Below are positions 1 through 9,857 of a DNA stretch of 64,000 bases, piece after piece. Numbering within the stretch: the stretch's first letter is position 1; each line of letters begins with the position of its first letter. The DNA is from an uncultured Roseburia sp. (lineage in GTDB: Bacteria > Bacillota > Clostridia > Lachnospirales > Lachnospiraceae): the NCBI GenBank assembly GCA_947070915.1, contig CAMTDY010000001.1, positions 1,407 through 65,406 of the forward strand. Direction: 5' to 3'. The translations under genes were made by a program, and so were the position numbers. A model generated the notes under the pieces. That model saw nothing but the letters and a program-made list of their open reading frames with translations. It was not told the origin of the DNA and searched no databases.

Positions 1-465
1 ATTTCTGACCATGCCATCAACATTGAGGAATCGGCGAGAAAACTTTATGACCAGAAACTTAAATTTTCGGAAAAAGCAGTGGGGGAGGTGCAGGTATTTA
101 CCAGGGCGGTAACGGATATTCTCAATCTTTCCATCCGCGCTTTTGAAGAGGAAGATGAGGAATTGGCAAATGATATAGAGCCCTTGGAAGAAGTGGTGGA
201 CCGTCTGAACAAAAAAATGAAAAAGCGCCACGTAAAACGTCTCCAGAATGGAAAATGCAGCATTGAGACGGGGCTGATCCTCAGTGATCTGGCAACCAAT
301 TTTGAGAGAGTGGCGGATCACTGCTCCAACATCGGAGTCTGTGTCATCCAGATTAAAGAAGATGTCTTCGACACCCACGAGTATCTGGATACTCTGGATA
401 AGGGAGAGGACACTTACTTTAATCAAAAATATAAGGAATACAAAAATATTTATAAATTGCCATAA
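1..465 (+). CDS. Na/Pi cotransporter family protein, C-terminal PhoU-like domain (5' end outside window)
   Basis: Frame 1 is open from base 1 (ISDHAINIEESARKLY...) and runs into ORF 79..465. It shows PhoU-type helical repeats ending in LATNFERVADHCSNIG. Confidence 0.6.
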   Translation: MSDHAINIEESARKLYDQKLKFSEKAVGEVQVFTRAVTDILNLSIRAFEEEDEELANDIEPLEEVVDRLNKKMKKRHVKRLQNGKCSIETGLILSDLATNFERVADHCSNIGVCVIQIKEDVFDTHEYLDTLDKGEDTYFNQKYKEYKNIYKLP

Positions 466-603
466 ACCGCTTTCACTTTTCTTCATTTTTTACTATAATT
501 AGAGCTAGCTTGATGTTTTGTATTTGGAACCATTGAGCTGGCTCGATGGCATCGTGGTCAGGTTTTTCTATGGCCATCAGGGAAATGCAAAGGAGAACAT
601 GTT

Positions 604-1254
604 ATGAATAAGGCTGTAATCTTTGATATGGATGGTGTCATTTTTGATTCCGAGGCACTGGTACTTTCCTGCTGGAAGATCATCGGTGAAAGTTACGGGA
701 TATCCGGCATAGACGGGGTATTCCGCCGGTGTATCGGCACCAATACGGCGGAGACAAAAAGGATTGTGCTGGACTACTATGGGGAAGAGTTTGATTATGA
801 ACATTTCCGGGAAAAAGCCTCCGCCCTGTTTCAGGAAAAGACGAAGGAAAAAGGGGTGCCTGTGAAGCGCGGGGCCAGGGAACTTCTCAGTTATTTAAAA
901 GTCAATGGTTACCGCATCGGTCTCGCCACTTCTACAAGAAGAGTGAGGGCAGAGGAAGAATTGGAGCAGGCAGGACTGCTGAAATTTTTTGAGGCCCTGG
1001 TCTGTGGAGATATGGTGACCCACAGCAAGCCGCATCCGGAGATCTATGAGCTTGCCTGCAGGGAGATGGGGCTGGACCCGGCAACGGTTTATGCCATTGA
1101 AGATTCCTTTCACGGTGTACGTTCTGCCTCTGCCGCAGGTATGAAGGTCATCATGGTGCCGGATATGATTGCGCCCGACGAGGAGATGAAAGGGCTGGCC
1201 TGGCAGATTTATCCGTCTTTGATGGGGGTGCTGGGTCTGTTTCAAAGCTTCTGA
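604..1254 (+). CDS. HAD-IA family hydrolase (beta-phosphoglucomutase/phosphatase-like)
   Basis: HAD motif I is IFDMDGVIFDSE, motif II is GLATST, and motif III/IV is EDSFHGVRSASAAGM. AAAGGAG RBS lies upstream. Confidence 0.8.
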   Translation: MNKAVIFDMDGVIFDSEALVLSCWKIIGESYGISGIDGVFRRCIGTNTAETKRIVLDYYGEEFDYEHFREKASALFQEKTKEKGVPVKRGARELLSYLKVNGYRIGLATSTRRVRAEEELEQAGLLKFFEALVCGDMVTHSKPHPEIYELACREMGLDPATVYAIEDSFHGVRSASAAGMKVIMVPDMIAPDEEMKGLAWQIYPSLMGVLGLFQSF

Positions 1255-1365
1255 AAGGAGGCTCTGCGTCAGTTCCATGATGTCAGATCATGCCAGGCTG
1301 TGATAGAATAATTGGGATGTTTCTGGAGAAACTACTACAAGATCATGTCTTGTGGAGGTTTTGCT

Positions 1366-2205
1366 ATGAAAATAGTCCGTGCTTTTTTTATCGTTGTTCT
1401 GGTGTTTGTGATATTGGTGCCTTATACCACGGCAAAACCCGGAGATTATGAATATAAGATCGTGCACTATGTGGCATTGGGGGACAGCATAGCGGGAGGA
1501 TATGGACTGGATGACGTCCAGGAGGAGTCCTATGTGGGAAGGGTGGCAGCGGCGCTGGAGGATCGTTATGGAGCAGTAAGATTGGAAAATTTTGGAGAAA
1601 ACGGTCTCCGCAGTGATGAGCTTCTGGAGATCCTGGAGGACGAGGATAACGAACAGCATGCTTCTTATATGGAGGCAATACAAGAGGCAGATCTGATTAC
1701 TCTTTCTATCGGTTCCAATGATCTTCTGCAATACCTGTCCCGGGATGTGGATCTACAGAATTTAAAAAAAAACGGGGACCGGTTGTTCACGGAGGCCTGC
1801 CGGAAGTTTAGTGAGAATATTCCTGGGATTTTGGATGTTATAAGCCGGAACGCCCCGAATGCACAGCTTTTTGTGAATAACATCTATAACCCCTGTAATG
1901 ATATTTCTTTTGGCATCTCGGAAGAGGCGGCTGAAAACCTGGAACAAATGGCAGAGCAGTACATCCAGAAGATTAACCGGGGATTTGAGACGAAGCGGGT
2001 ACAGAGTGTTTTTAACCCAAAAAAGAAAACAGGGAAAAATCCCCAGAGATATACGCTGGTGGATGTGAAAGGGGCTTTTGAGAACAGCGATGAAAAGCTG
2101 ATCAATATGATGATCTCCTGGCGGAGTATCGATCCCCATCCCAACCGGGAGGGGCATCGGGTGATCGCGGAGCTGATCATTCCCCAGATCGATCTGAATA
2201 AATAA
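1366..2205 (+). CDS. SGNH/GDSL family hydrolase with N-terminal signal/TM segment
   Basis: Carries the GDSIAGGYG block, a GSNDL block and C-terminal DPHPNREGH (DxxH). I chose the ATG at 1366 because GGAGG sits 8 nt upstream. The ORF track starts at 1312. Confidence 0.8.
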   Translation: MKIVRAFFIVVLVFVILVPYTTAKPGDYEYKIVHYVALGDSIAGGYGLDDVQEESYVGRVAAALEDRYGAVRLENFGENGLRSDELLEILEDEDNEQHASYMEAIQEADLITLSIGSNDLLQYLSRDVDLQNLKKNGDRLFTEACRKFSENIPGILDVISRNAPNAQLFVNNIYNPCNDISFGISEEAAENLEQMAEQYIQKINRGFETKRVQSVFNPKKKTGKNPQRYTLVDVKGAFENSDEKLINMMISWRSIDPHPNREGHRVIAELIIPQIDLNK

Positions 2206-2221
2206 AATGAGAGGGATACCA

Positions 2222-2944
2222 ATGAGGATAAAAGGAGTTATATTTGATCTGGATGGGACGCTGCTCGATTCCATGTGGGTCTGGGATAAGGTGGATAAAG
2301 AATTTTTGGGTACACGGGGATTTGAAGTCCCCCTGGATTATCAGAAAGAGATCCAGGCATTGGGGTTTTATGAGACCGCCTGTTATACCATTGACCGCTT
2401 TGGGCTGGAGGAGAGACCGGAAGATATTATAAAAGAATGGAATGATATGGCAGAGCGGACCTATCATAAGGAAGTGCAGATAAAGCCTTATGCCAGGGAG
2501 CTGCTGATATGCCTTCGGGAACAGGGGATCCGTCTTGGAGTGGCGACAGCCTCCTACGCTTCTTTATTTACGGAGTGCCTGAAAAGAAATAAAGTGTATG
2601 ATTTCTTTGAATGTTTTACGGAGACCAGTGAAGTGGAGCGGGGAAAGGGCTTCCCCGATATATACATAAAAGCGGCGGGGAAACTGGGATGTTCCCCGCA
2701 GGAGTGTCTTGTATTTGAGGACATTCATCAGGGAATCCTGGGTGCAAAGGCTGGAGGATTCTGCACTGTGGGGGTATTTGATAAAAAATCCGCGGCTTCC
2801 TGGGGGGAGATACAACAGGATTCAGATCATGCGGTTCGGGGGTTTGGTCAGCTTCTACAGGATGAACATTTGTTCCGGGAGATTTTTGGCGAAGAGTGCA
2901 GACCGTGGCTCCAAAATCTTGACGTACAAACAAATATCGTGTAG
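2222..2944 (+). CDS. HAD family hydrolase
   Basis: Motifs VIFDLDGTLLDS, GVATAS and FEDIHQGILGAKAGG. The start at 2222 is preferred over 2207 on RBS spacing. Confidence 0.8.
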   Translation: MRIKGVIFDLDGTLLDSMWVWDKVDKEFLGTRGFEVPLDYQKEIQALGFYETACYTIDRFGLEERPEDIIKEWNDMAERTYHKEVQIKPYARELLICLREQGIRLGVATASYASLFTECLKRNKVYDFFECFTETSEVERGKGFPDIYIKAAGKLGCSPQECLVFEDIHQGILGAKAGGFCTVGVFDKKSAASWGEIQQDSDHAVRGFGQLLQDEHLFREIFGEECRPWLQNLDVQTNIV

Positions 2945-2987
2945 AATTGTATAGGATCATGTTGTTTATAAGGAAATGGGGACGAAT

Positions 2988-3773
2988 ATGAAGAACAAAA
3001 ACGATGTAGAGGTATTGATCAATGGCAGGAAATATACGATCTGTGGGTTTGAGAGCGCCGAGTATCTCCAGAAAGTGGCGACATATATAAACAGCAAATA
3101 TATGGAATTTAAGGACAAAGATTATTATTACAGCCTGGATATGGATCTTCGCAATATTCTTCTGGCGGTCAATATAGCCGACGACTATTTTAAGGCAAAG
3201 AAAGAGGCATGGATCATCCAGAAGGACAATGAGCGCAAGGATAAGATGGTGCTGGAGATGAAGCATGAAGTCCTTGATTCCCAGAGCGGTACGGCGAAAG
3301 TCGGACAGGAGAATGAAGTCCTGAAAGACGATCTGGAAGAAGCGGAGAAAAAGATTGTTGAGCTGAACGTAAAGAACGAAGATAACATGACAAAAGTGGC
3401 TGCGCTGGAAGAAAAACTTTCCCACGTGGAAGCTCAGCGAAGCGGGAATGCCGCCAGACTGGAAGACACGGAGAAAAGAAATGGCGAGCTGATGTCTAAG
3501 CTGGAGAAGGCAGAAAAAGAGAATGCCAGGCTGAAAGCAAGGCTGGAAAAGGCAGAGAAGGCAAATGCCGGGCTGAAAGCGAAGCAGGAAGAGACCGAGA
3601 AGATAAATGCGGAACTGAAAGCGAAGCAGGAAGAGACCGAGAAGGCAAATGCGGAACTGAAAGCGAAGCAGGAAGAGACCGAGAAAGAGAATGCGGAACT
3701 GAAAGCCAAGAATGAAGCGGCAGAGCGGCGGATCACGGATCTGGAAAACAAGAACCGGCGGGGAAAACGATAG
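2988..3773 (+). CDS. zapA: ZapA-like cell division protein with long C-terminal coiled-coil repeat
   Basis: The N-terminus VEVLINGRKYTICGFESAEYLQKVATYINSKY is ZapA-like. The C-terminal half is heptad-type, E/K-rich 14-aa repeats. Confidence 0.65.
   Translation: MKNKNDVEVLINGRKYTICGFESAEYLQKVATYINSKYMEFKDKDYYYSLDMDLRNILLAVNIADDYFKAKKEAWIIQKDNERKDKMVLEMKHEVLDSQSGTAKVGQENEVLKDDLEEAEKKIVELNVKNEDNMTKVAALEEKLSHVEAQRSGNAARLEDTEKRNGELMSKLEKAEKENARLKARLEKAEKANAGLKAKQEETEKINAELKAKQEETEKANAELKAKQEETEKENAELKAKNEAAERRITDLENKNRRGKR
3498..3707 (+). repeat. Five tandem 42-bp (14-aa) in-frame repeats inside the zapA-like gene
   Basis: The units KQEETEK[IAE]NAELKA occur three times and are nearly identical at DNA level. 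Two diverged units (K/R)LEKAEK.NA.LKA precede them. Confidence 0.9.
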
Positions 3774-3878
3774 ATATTGGAGTAGCAGACAGACGGGAAA
3801 CGGTGTTGCCGGGTTCCCGTTTTCCAGTTCAAGGATGCTGACAGGCGGACTCAAGCGATTATAAAGGAGATTGGCAGC

Positions 3879-6170
3879 ATGGGTACAAGGATGAAAAAAG
3901 TTGAGATTCTGGCGCCGGGGGGGTCCCGGGAGGCCATTTATGCAGGAATATATGGGGGTGCAGACGCCGTTTATACCGGGACAAGCCGTTTTTCAGCGCG
4001 GGCTTTTGCGGAAAATCCAGATGTGGAAGAGTTGTGCCGCATACTGGACTTTGCCCATCTGCACGGAAAAAAGATCTACCTCACAGTGAATACCCTTCTG
4101 ACAGAGGAAGAGCTGGAAGGAAGTTTATATGATATGATCCGGCCGCTGTATGAACACGGGTTGGATGCGGTGATCCTGCAGGATTTTGGAGTCATGGATT
4201 TTATCAGGGAGCATTTTCCAGAAATGGATTTACATGCCAGCACCCAGATGACTCTCCTGACAGGGGAGGGCGCCAATCTTCTGAAGCCCTTTGGGGTGAC
4301 AAGGATTGTTCCGGCGAGGGAACTGACGATCCAGGAGATCGCCCATATGCGGCAGGTGACGGATCTGGAGATCGAGGTATTTGTCCACGGTGCCCTGTGT
4401 TACTGCTATTCCGGGCAGTGCCTGATGAGCAAGGTGATCGGCGGCAGAAGCGGCAACCGCGGCATGTGTGCCCAGCCCTGCCGGCTGCCTTACCAGGCAG
4501 AGGGAAAAAGGGCGGGATACCTTTTGAGCCCAAAGGATCTGTGTACGCTGGGACAGGTGGGTGATCTGATTCAGGCGGGGGTGGATTCCTTTAAGATCGA
4601 GGGACGGATGAAAAAACCTGCCTATACCGCCTATACTTCGTATCTGTACCGGACCTATGCCGATGCCTTTCTCTCCGGTGTTCCGGTGGATGACAGGGAA
4701 CTACACAGGGATGTGCAGAAACTGGCAGATATTTATAACCGGGGAGGATTTACCAGGGGGTATTTATTTGAGCCATCGAAAAAAAATATTATATACCGCA
4801 GCAAAAACAGTCATTACGGTGTTCTGGCGGGGACGGTGCTGGCAGTCAAAAAAGATACAGTGGACTACCGGGCGGAGATCCCCCTTCATCCCCAGGACGT
4901 GGTGGAGTTCCGGGACGGAGAGGGGCGCAGTGTGTACGAGTATACATTAAAGGAAGGCGTGCCGAAGTCTGGGAAGGTGCGGGCACGTTATAAAAAAGGA
5001 AGTCCGCTGCGGGCAGGGCAGAAAGTGTACCGTACCAGGAACAATGAGCTATTAAAAGAGATTGACGACCTGATCGAAGAGGGCAGGAAAAATACAAAAG
5101 TTCCAATACGGGGAATTTTTACTGCCGTTTGTGGTGAGCCGGTCAGGCTGGAGCTGGTTTTTGGAGATTTGTCCTGTCAGATGGAGGGAGCGGTGGCAGA
5201 GAGAGCGAAGGGAAAACCAGTAAAATCTACAGATGTAGAAAAACGCCTGAGAAAAACCGGGGAGAGTCAATTCTTATTTGACGATCTGATTCTGTCCGTG
5301 AGTGAGCAGCTGTTTGTGCCTCTGGGAAGCATCTCCGCTCTGCGGCGCCAGGCTTTTGAAGTCCTGGAACAAAAAATACTGGAGCGGAGCTGCCGGAAAG
5401 CGGGGCGGACACCGGAACAGATTCCTGAGAGTGAGGAAATAAAAGAAACCTGTGGGGAGATTTTTGGCAGGGAGCATTTCACTTTGATACAGATCACTGA
5501 CTTTCGGCAAATGGAGGGAGTAAAAAAGGCGTCAAAGGTAAATGCTACGAATACGAGACTGCATTTTCTCCTGGAGGAGTTTTTGCCGGAAGAATGGAGA
5601 CGGCTGGCAGAAGAAGCGGGACAATTCCGGTATTACATCTCCCTGCCCAGAGTATTGCGAGAAAAAAATAAACTCCGTTTTCTCGATCTGTGGAGAGAAT
5701 ATGGCAGCTGTTTTCAAGAACCGGGATGCGTCGGAGCCGTCCTGTCGTCTATTGAGGCGCTTCCGGTTTTAGATCAGCTCTGGAACCACAAAAGAGAGTG
5801 GATCGCAGGTCCGGAGCTCTATCTCTGGAATCGCAGGGCAGGCAGGGTGTATGACCAGCTGGGGTTGCGGGGGCACAGTTATATGGCATATGGAAGAAGG
5901 GCAGTCATGACTACAGAAGGCTGTGTCAGCCTGGAACTGGGCAAGTGTTCCGGCCCGGATGGCGGGAGCCGGGAGATGGAGATCAGTACGCCGAAAAAAG
6001 ATGACTTTACGGTGGTAAATTATTGTAATTACTGTTACAATGTAATATATGAAAAAAATCCGGGATGGCAGAAGCCGGAGGATCTGGCGGGGATCCCGGA
6101 GATACAGTTCCGGTCGGAAGATACAGAAGAGGTAAGAGAGGTTTTGGAGCAATGGAGCTTTTTATCGTAG
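3879..6170 (+). CDS. U32 family peptidase (long form)
   Basis: N-terminus KKVEILAPGGSREAIYAGIYGGADAVY, plus the U32 signatures ELEIEVFVHGALCYCYSGQC and SFKIEGRMK. Confidence 0.8.
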   Translation: MGTRMKKVEILAPGGSREAIYAGIYGGADAVYTGTSRFSARAFAENPDVEELCRILDFAHLHGKKIYLTVNTLLTEEELEGSLYDMIRPLYEHGLDAVILQDFGVMDFIREHFPEMDLHASTQMTLLTGEGANLLKPFGVTRIVPARELTIQEIAHMRQVTDLEIEVFVHGALCYCYSGQCLMSKVIGGRSGNRGMCAQPCRLPYQAEGKRAGYLLSPKDLCTLGQVGDLIQAGVDSFKIEGRMKKPAYTAYTSYLYRTYADAFLSGVPVDDRELHRDVQKLADIYNRGGFTRGYLFEPSKKNIIYRSKNSHYGVLAGTVLAVKKDTVDYRAEIPLHPQDVVEFRDGEGRSVYEYTLKEGVPKSGKVRARYKKGSPLRAGQKVYRTRNNELLKEIDDLIEEGRKNTKVPIRGIFTAVCGEPVRLELVFGDLSCQMEGAVAERAKGKPVKSTDVEKRLRKTGESQFLFDDLILSVSEQLFVPLGSISALRRQAFEVLEQKILERSCRKAGRTPEQIPESEEIKETCGEIFGREHFTLIQITDFRQMEGVKKASKVNATNTRLHFLLEEFLPEEWRRLAEEAGQFRYYISLPRVLREKNKLRFLDLWREYGSCFQEPGCVGAVLSSIEALPVLDQLWNHKREWIAGPELYLWNRRAGRVYDQLGLRGHSYMAYGRRAVMTTEGCVSLELGKCSGPDGGSREMEISTPKKDDFTVVNYCNYCYNVIYEKNPGWQKPEDLAGIPEIQFRSEDTEEVREVLEQWSFLS

Positions 6171-7531
6171 AGCTTGCCAGATATGTGATCATTCTGGTGT
6201 TTGGCATATATACTTTTTATTCATACCGGGCCTTTGCCAGCAAAGACAAGGCGAGACAGAACCGGGTGTTCGCTGTCCAGAGAACCTTGACCGTTCTTTT
6301 GCATACGGTGATGAGCCTGCTGCTGATCATGGAAAATATGTCTTTGGTATATATTTTTTTATGGCTGGCGGAACTTGCGTTTTACTTTATTTTCATCAAG
6401 ATCTACCAGGTGTGTTACAAAGGACTGTCCAAGCTTGTTTTGAACAATATGATGATGTGCATGATGGTGGGGTTTATCATATTGGGAAGGCTTTCTTACA
6501 GTTATGCCATTCATCAGCTGGTGCTGGCGTCCATCGCCATGGTATTGTGCATATTTGTTCCGTTTTTTATCGAGAGATTTAGCATTCTGGAACGTCTTGG
6601 ATGGCAGTACGCCCTGGCAGGGATTATGTTTCTGCTTCTGGTCTTCGTCATCGGGGTGGAAAAATGGGGTTCCAAAAACTGGATCAGCATTGGCGGGGTA
6701 TCTATTCAGCCCTCAGAGTTTGTGAAGATCCTGTATGTATTTTTTATTTCTTCGCTGTTGGCGAAGAGCACGAGATTTAAGCATATTGTATTGATTTCCG
6801 GTGTGGCGGCGGTCCATGTCATTATTCTTGTGGCGGAAAAAGACCTCGGCGCCGCACTGATCTATTTTATTACTTATGTGATGGTGCTCTATGTGGCGAC
6901 GATGAATGTGGTCTATCTGGGAGCCGGTCTGGGAGGAGGTGCCCTGGCGGCGGTGGTAGCCTACCGGCTGTTTGCCCATGTGCGGACCCGTGTCCTGGCA
7001 TGGCAGGATCCCTGGGGGACGATTGAAAATGAGGGGTACCAGGTGGCGAGGTCGTTATTCGCCATTGGCACCGGAGGATTTATCGGTATGGGCTTGGGAA
7101 AGGGTCTCCCTTCCAGTGTGCCGGTGGTGGAGAGTGATTTTGTATTCTCTGCGATTTCCGAGGAGCTGGGCGGTGTATTTGCCATCTGTCTGATCCTGGT
7201 TTATCTGAGCAGCTATATTATGTTTGTCAATATTGCCATGAAAATGAAAAAACAGTTTTATAAATTAACGGCATTTGGTCTCAGCGTAGTATTTATTTTC
7301 CAGGTGTTTTTATGTGTGGGGGGCGTGACCAAATTTATTCCGTCTACCGGAGTGACACTGCCGCTGATCAGTTATGGAGGAAGTTCCATCATGACTACGA
7401 TCATGATATTCAGTATCATTCAGGGAATGTATGTGTTGAACGGAAGAGAGGAGGAGAGCCTTGAAGAGGAAAGAAAGAGCGAAGAAAAAAGAAAGAGAGT
7501 GGGGAAGAGAAGAGCCAGGAACAGAGGTTAA
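6152..7531 (+). CDS. FtsW/RodA/SpoVE (SEDS) family peptidoglycan glycosyltransferase
   Basis: Polytopic membrane protein with SEDS motifs SIQPSEFVKI, QDPWG, ESDFVFSAISEELG and TGVTLPLISYGGSS. The ATG at 6152 is preferred to 6065, which lies inside the U32 gene. Confidence 0.85.
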   Translation: MELFIVELARYVIILVFGIYTFYSYRAFASKDKARQNRVFAVQRTLTVLLHTVMSLLLIMENMSLVYIFLWLAELAFYFIFIKIYQVCYKGLSKLVLNNMMMCMMVGFIILGRLSYSYAIHQLVLASIAMVLCIFVPFFIERFSILERLGWQYALAGIMFLLLVFVIGVEKWGSKNWISIGGVSIQPSEFVKILYVFFISSLLAKSTRFKHIVLISGVAAVHVIILVAEKDLGAALIYFITYVMVLYVATMNVVYLGAGLGGGALAAVVAYRLFAHVRTRVLAWQDPWGTIENEGYQVARSLFAIGTGGFIGMGLGKGLPSSVPVVESDFVFSAISEELGGVFAICLILVYLSSYIMFVNIAMKMKKQFYKLTAFGLSVVFIFQVFLCVGGVTKFIPSTGVTLPLISYGGSSIMTTIMIFSIIQGMYVLNGREEESLEEERKSEEKRKRVGKRRARNRG

Positions 7532-7544
7532 GAAGCGGAAGCGT

Positions 7545-8942
7545 ATGAACCGGGAAATGGCCGCTGTCACCTATATTTTTATGTTTCTTTTTGTCTTTAT
7601 GGCTTCCTATGTGATCTGGTTTTTGATGGGAGACACGGATAAAATTCTAAATAATCCGCAAAATAAGAGACAGGAGCTTTTGGCGGAGAGGATTCAGAAA
7701 GGAAGTATTCTCTCGGATAAGGGAAAGGTACTGGCAAAAACAGAAACAGACAGCAAAGGGAATGAAAAAAGAGTGTATCCCTATAACGAGCTGTTTGCCC
7801 ATGTGGTAGGGCGGGTCAGTCATGGGAAGACGGGGCTGGAGGCATCGGAAGGGTATACGATGCTGACCACCGGGATCAATCCCCTGACTGGGTTGTTTAA
7901 TGAGTTGAAGGGAGAAAAAAACCCAGGAAACAATGTGGTCACCACACTGAACGTAAAGTTATCCCAGGTCGCCAGTGAATCCCTGGGCAGCCGTCGGGGC
8001 GCCGTGGTGGTGACAGAGCCTTCCACGGGAAAGATCCTTGCCCTGGTGTCAAAGCCATCTTATAATCCGAACCAGCTGGACCGAAACTGGGAAGGGCTGA
8101 TCCGGGATAATGATGATGATTCTGCCCTTTACAACCGGGCCACCCAGGGGCTGTACCCGCCAGGATCCACCTTTAAGCTTTATACGACGCTGGAGTATAT
8201 GAGAGAGACCCGCCAATATGAAGAATTTCGTTATACCTGTACCGGCAGTATCGGTAAGGGAAAAGAGGCGATTAACTGTTATGGGCATGAAGTCCATGGA
8301 ACCATTGGACTGAAAAAAGCATTTTCTGAGTCCTGTAACGCCGCCTTTGCCCAGATCGGCGTGGGGCTGAACACCTCTGGCTGGAACAGTTTGTGTAATT
8401 CTTTGTATTACAATAAAACACTGCCCATCAAGGAGCTGGAACAGAAATCCTCCCGGTTTGATATTGCCAGCGGGGAGGGGAAGGGCGATATTATGCAGGC
8501 GGCCATCGGCCAGGGAACCGTCCTGACAACGCCCCTGCAGAATTCTTTTCTGGTATCGGCTGTTTTAAACGAAGGTAAGCTGATGAAGCCCTATCTTGTA
8601 GACCGTATCGAGGATACTTATGGCAATGTAGTGAGACAGCAGGAACCTTCTGAGGTGGCGGCACCGATCACAAAAAAAGAAGCAAAAGTTCTGAAAGAAT
8701 ATATGAGGGAAACGGTGCTGAGCGGTACTGCCACAGCGTTAAATAGCAGCCGCTACAAAGCGGGAGGTAAAACCGGTTCTGCGCAGTTTAAGGAGGGGTC
8801 CACGGATTCCCATGCCTGGTTCGTAGGGTACGCAGAAAAGGACGGAAGACAGCTGGTAGTAAGTATCATTGTGGAGGGAGCAGGGACCGGAAGTGCCCAT
8901 GCGGTTCCCATTGCACGAAAGATATTTGATGCATACTTTTAG
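7545..8942 (+). CDS. Class B penicillin-binding protein (transpeptidase), partner of the SEDS protein
   Basis: N-terminal TM helix followed by the catalytic STFK, SESCN (SxN) and KTGSA (KTG) motifs. Start set at the ATG at 7545. Confidence 0.85.
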   Translation: MNREMAAVTYIFMFLFVFMASYVIWFLMGDTDKILNNPQNKRQELLAERIQKGSILSDKGKVLAKTETDSKGNEKRVYPYNELFAHVVGRVSHGKTGLEASEGYTMLTTGINPLTGLFNELKGEKNPGNNVVTTLNVKLSQVASESLGSRRGAVVVTEPSTGKILALVSKPSYNPNQLDRNWEGLIRDNDDDSALYNRATQGLYPPGSTFKLYTTLEYMRETRQYEEFRYTCTGSIGKGKEAINCYGHEVHGTIGLKKAFSESCNAAFAQIGVGLNTSGWNSLCNSLYYNKTLPIKELEQKSSRFDIASGEGKGDIMQAAIGQGTVLTTPLQNSFLVSAVLNEGKLMKPYLVDRIEDTYGNVVRQQEPSEVAAPITKKEAKVLKEYMRETVLSGTATALNSSRYKAGGKTGSAQFKEGSTDSHAWFVGYAEKDGRQLVVSIIVEGAGTGSAHAVPIARKIFDAYF

Positions 8943-9022
8943 GAACTGCTAAGTTCCAGGAACTTAATAGTTCCTTAGCTATATGACAGAGCCGGAGGGT
9001 GAATTGGAAGGAGGGAAGCTGC

Positions 9023-9481
9023 GTGCGTCAGATCGTCAGCTGCGGCGGAGTTGTAATCTTTAAAGGTAAGATTCTGCTGTTGTATAAAAAATATAAAAAA
9101 CGGTATGATGGCTGGGTTCTTCCCAAGGGAACAGTGGAAGCGGGAGAAGAGTTTGAAGAAACTGCCTTTCGGGAAGTCCGGGAAGAAAGCGGAGTATTTG
9201 GCAGGATCGTAAAATATATAGGTTCCAGCAACTATAGTTTTAATGTTCCGGATGATGTGGTGGAGAAAAATGTACACTGGTATCTGATGCAGACGGACAG
9301 CTTTTCCTGCCAGCCCCAGAGAGAAGAAGATTTTTATGACGCCGGATTTTATAAATTCCATGAGGCCTTTCATTTGCTTAAGTTTGGCAACGAAAGGAAG
9401 ATCCTGGAGCGGGCATATAAAGAATATCAGAAGTTAAAAAGAGAGTGTATGTGGAGTGAGAATAAGATCGGGATCAGGTAG
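9023..9481 (+). CDS. NUDIX hydrolase
   Basis: Nudix box GTVEAGEEFEETAFREVREESGV. A GTG at 9023 sits 7 nt after AAGGAGGG. The ORF track starts at 8999. Confidence 0.8.
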   Translation: MRQIVSCGGVVIFKGKILLLYKKYKKRYDGWVLPKGTVEAGEEFEETAFREVREESGVFGRIVKYIGSSNYSFNVPDDVVEKNVHWYLMQTDSFSCQPQREEDFYDAGFYKFHEAFHLLKFGNERKILERAYKEYQKLKRECMWSENKIGIR

Positions 9482-9857
9482 AGGATTAGAAGATATAGTT
9501 TTGATTTTAAGAAAGTTCTATTGTAGAAATACAGTAGGGCTTTTTTATTTAGCTCGACGGCGCCGTCGAGTTACGCAAAGGAAAAGTGAGAATAGCTGCA
9601 AAGCGTGTTTCTCATCGTTGTTATTTCCTTTTGGGACAGGTATGATCGGATTTTCTACAATTCCATATATAAGTACCAGAAAAATATCTTTTCTGGATGC
9701 GGTAATTTGTGTCTTGACATTTGATAGACAGGCTTCTGTTAGTTGTTGATAATTCATGGTAAAACCACAGGTGCTGTGAATGAAAATGTGGAAATACAAG
9801 AAAAAAATATATTGCATGAGATAATAATATATTTTATGTAGACAGAGTGCTAATCAC

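Noticed and set aside
2616-3854. 412-aa minus-strand ORF opposite the HAD and zapA-like genes
   Set aside because: The translation is low-complexity (L/F/C-rich) and arises from the antisense of the E/K repeat region. It has no RBS and no recognisable motif. The plus-strand genes have clear family signatures.
6065-6151. N-terminal extensions given by the ORF track (also 7461, 12654..13469, 18295, 32090, 34775, 39861, 41442, 47882, 54058, 54333, 54541)
   Set aside because: The extensions overlap upstream genes or terminators, lack RBSs, and precede internal starts that have good AGGAGG spacing and give canonical protein N-termini. I used the trimmed starts.
9545-9817. 90-aa minus-strand ORF in the AT-rich spacer after the NUDIX gene
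   Set aside because: It has no convincing RBS. Its C-terminus (RRRRRAK) is just a reading of the 18-bp GC palindrome, and I recognise no family. It may be a gene fragment, but I cannot support it as a feature.
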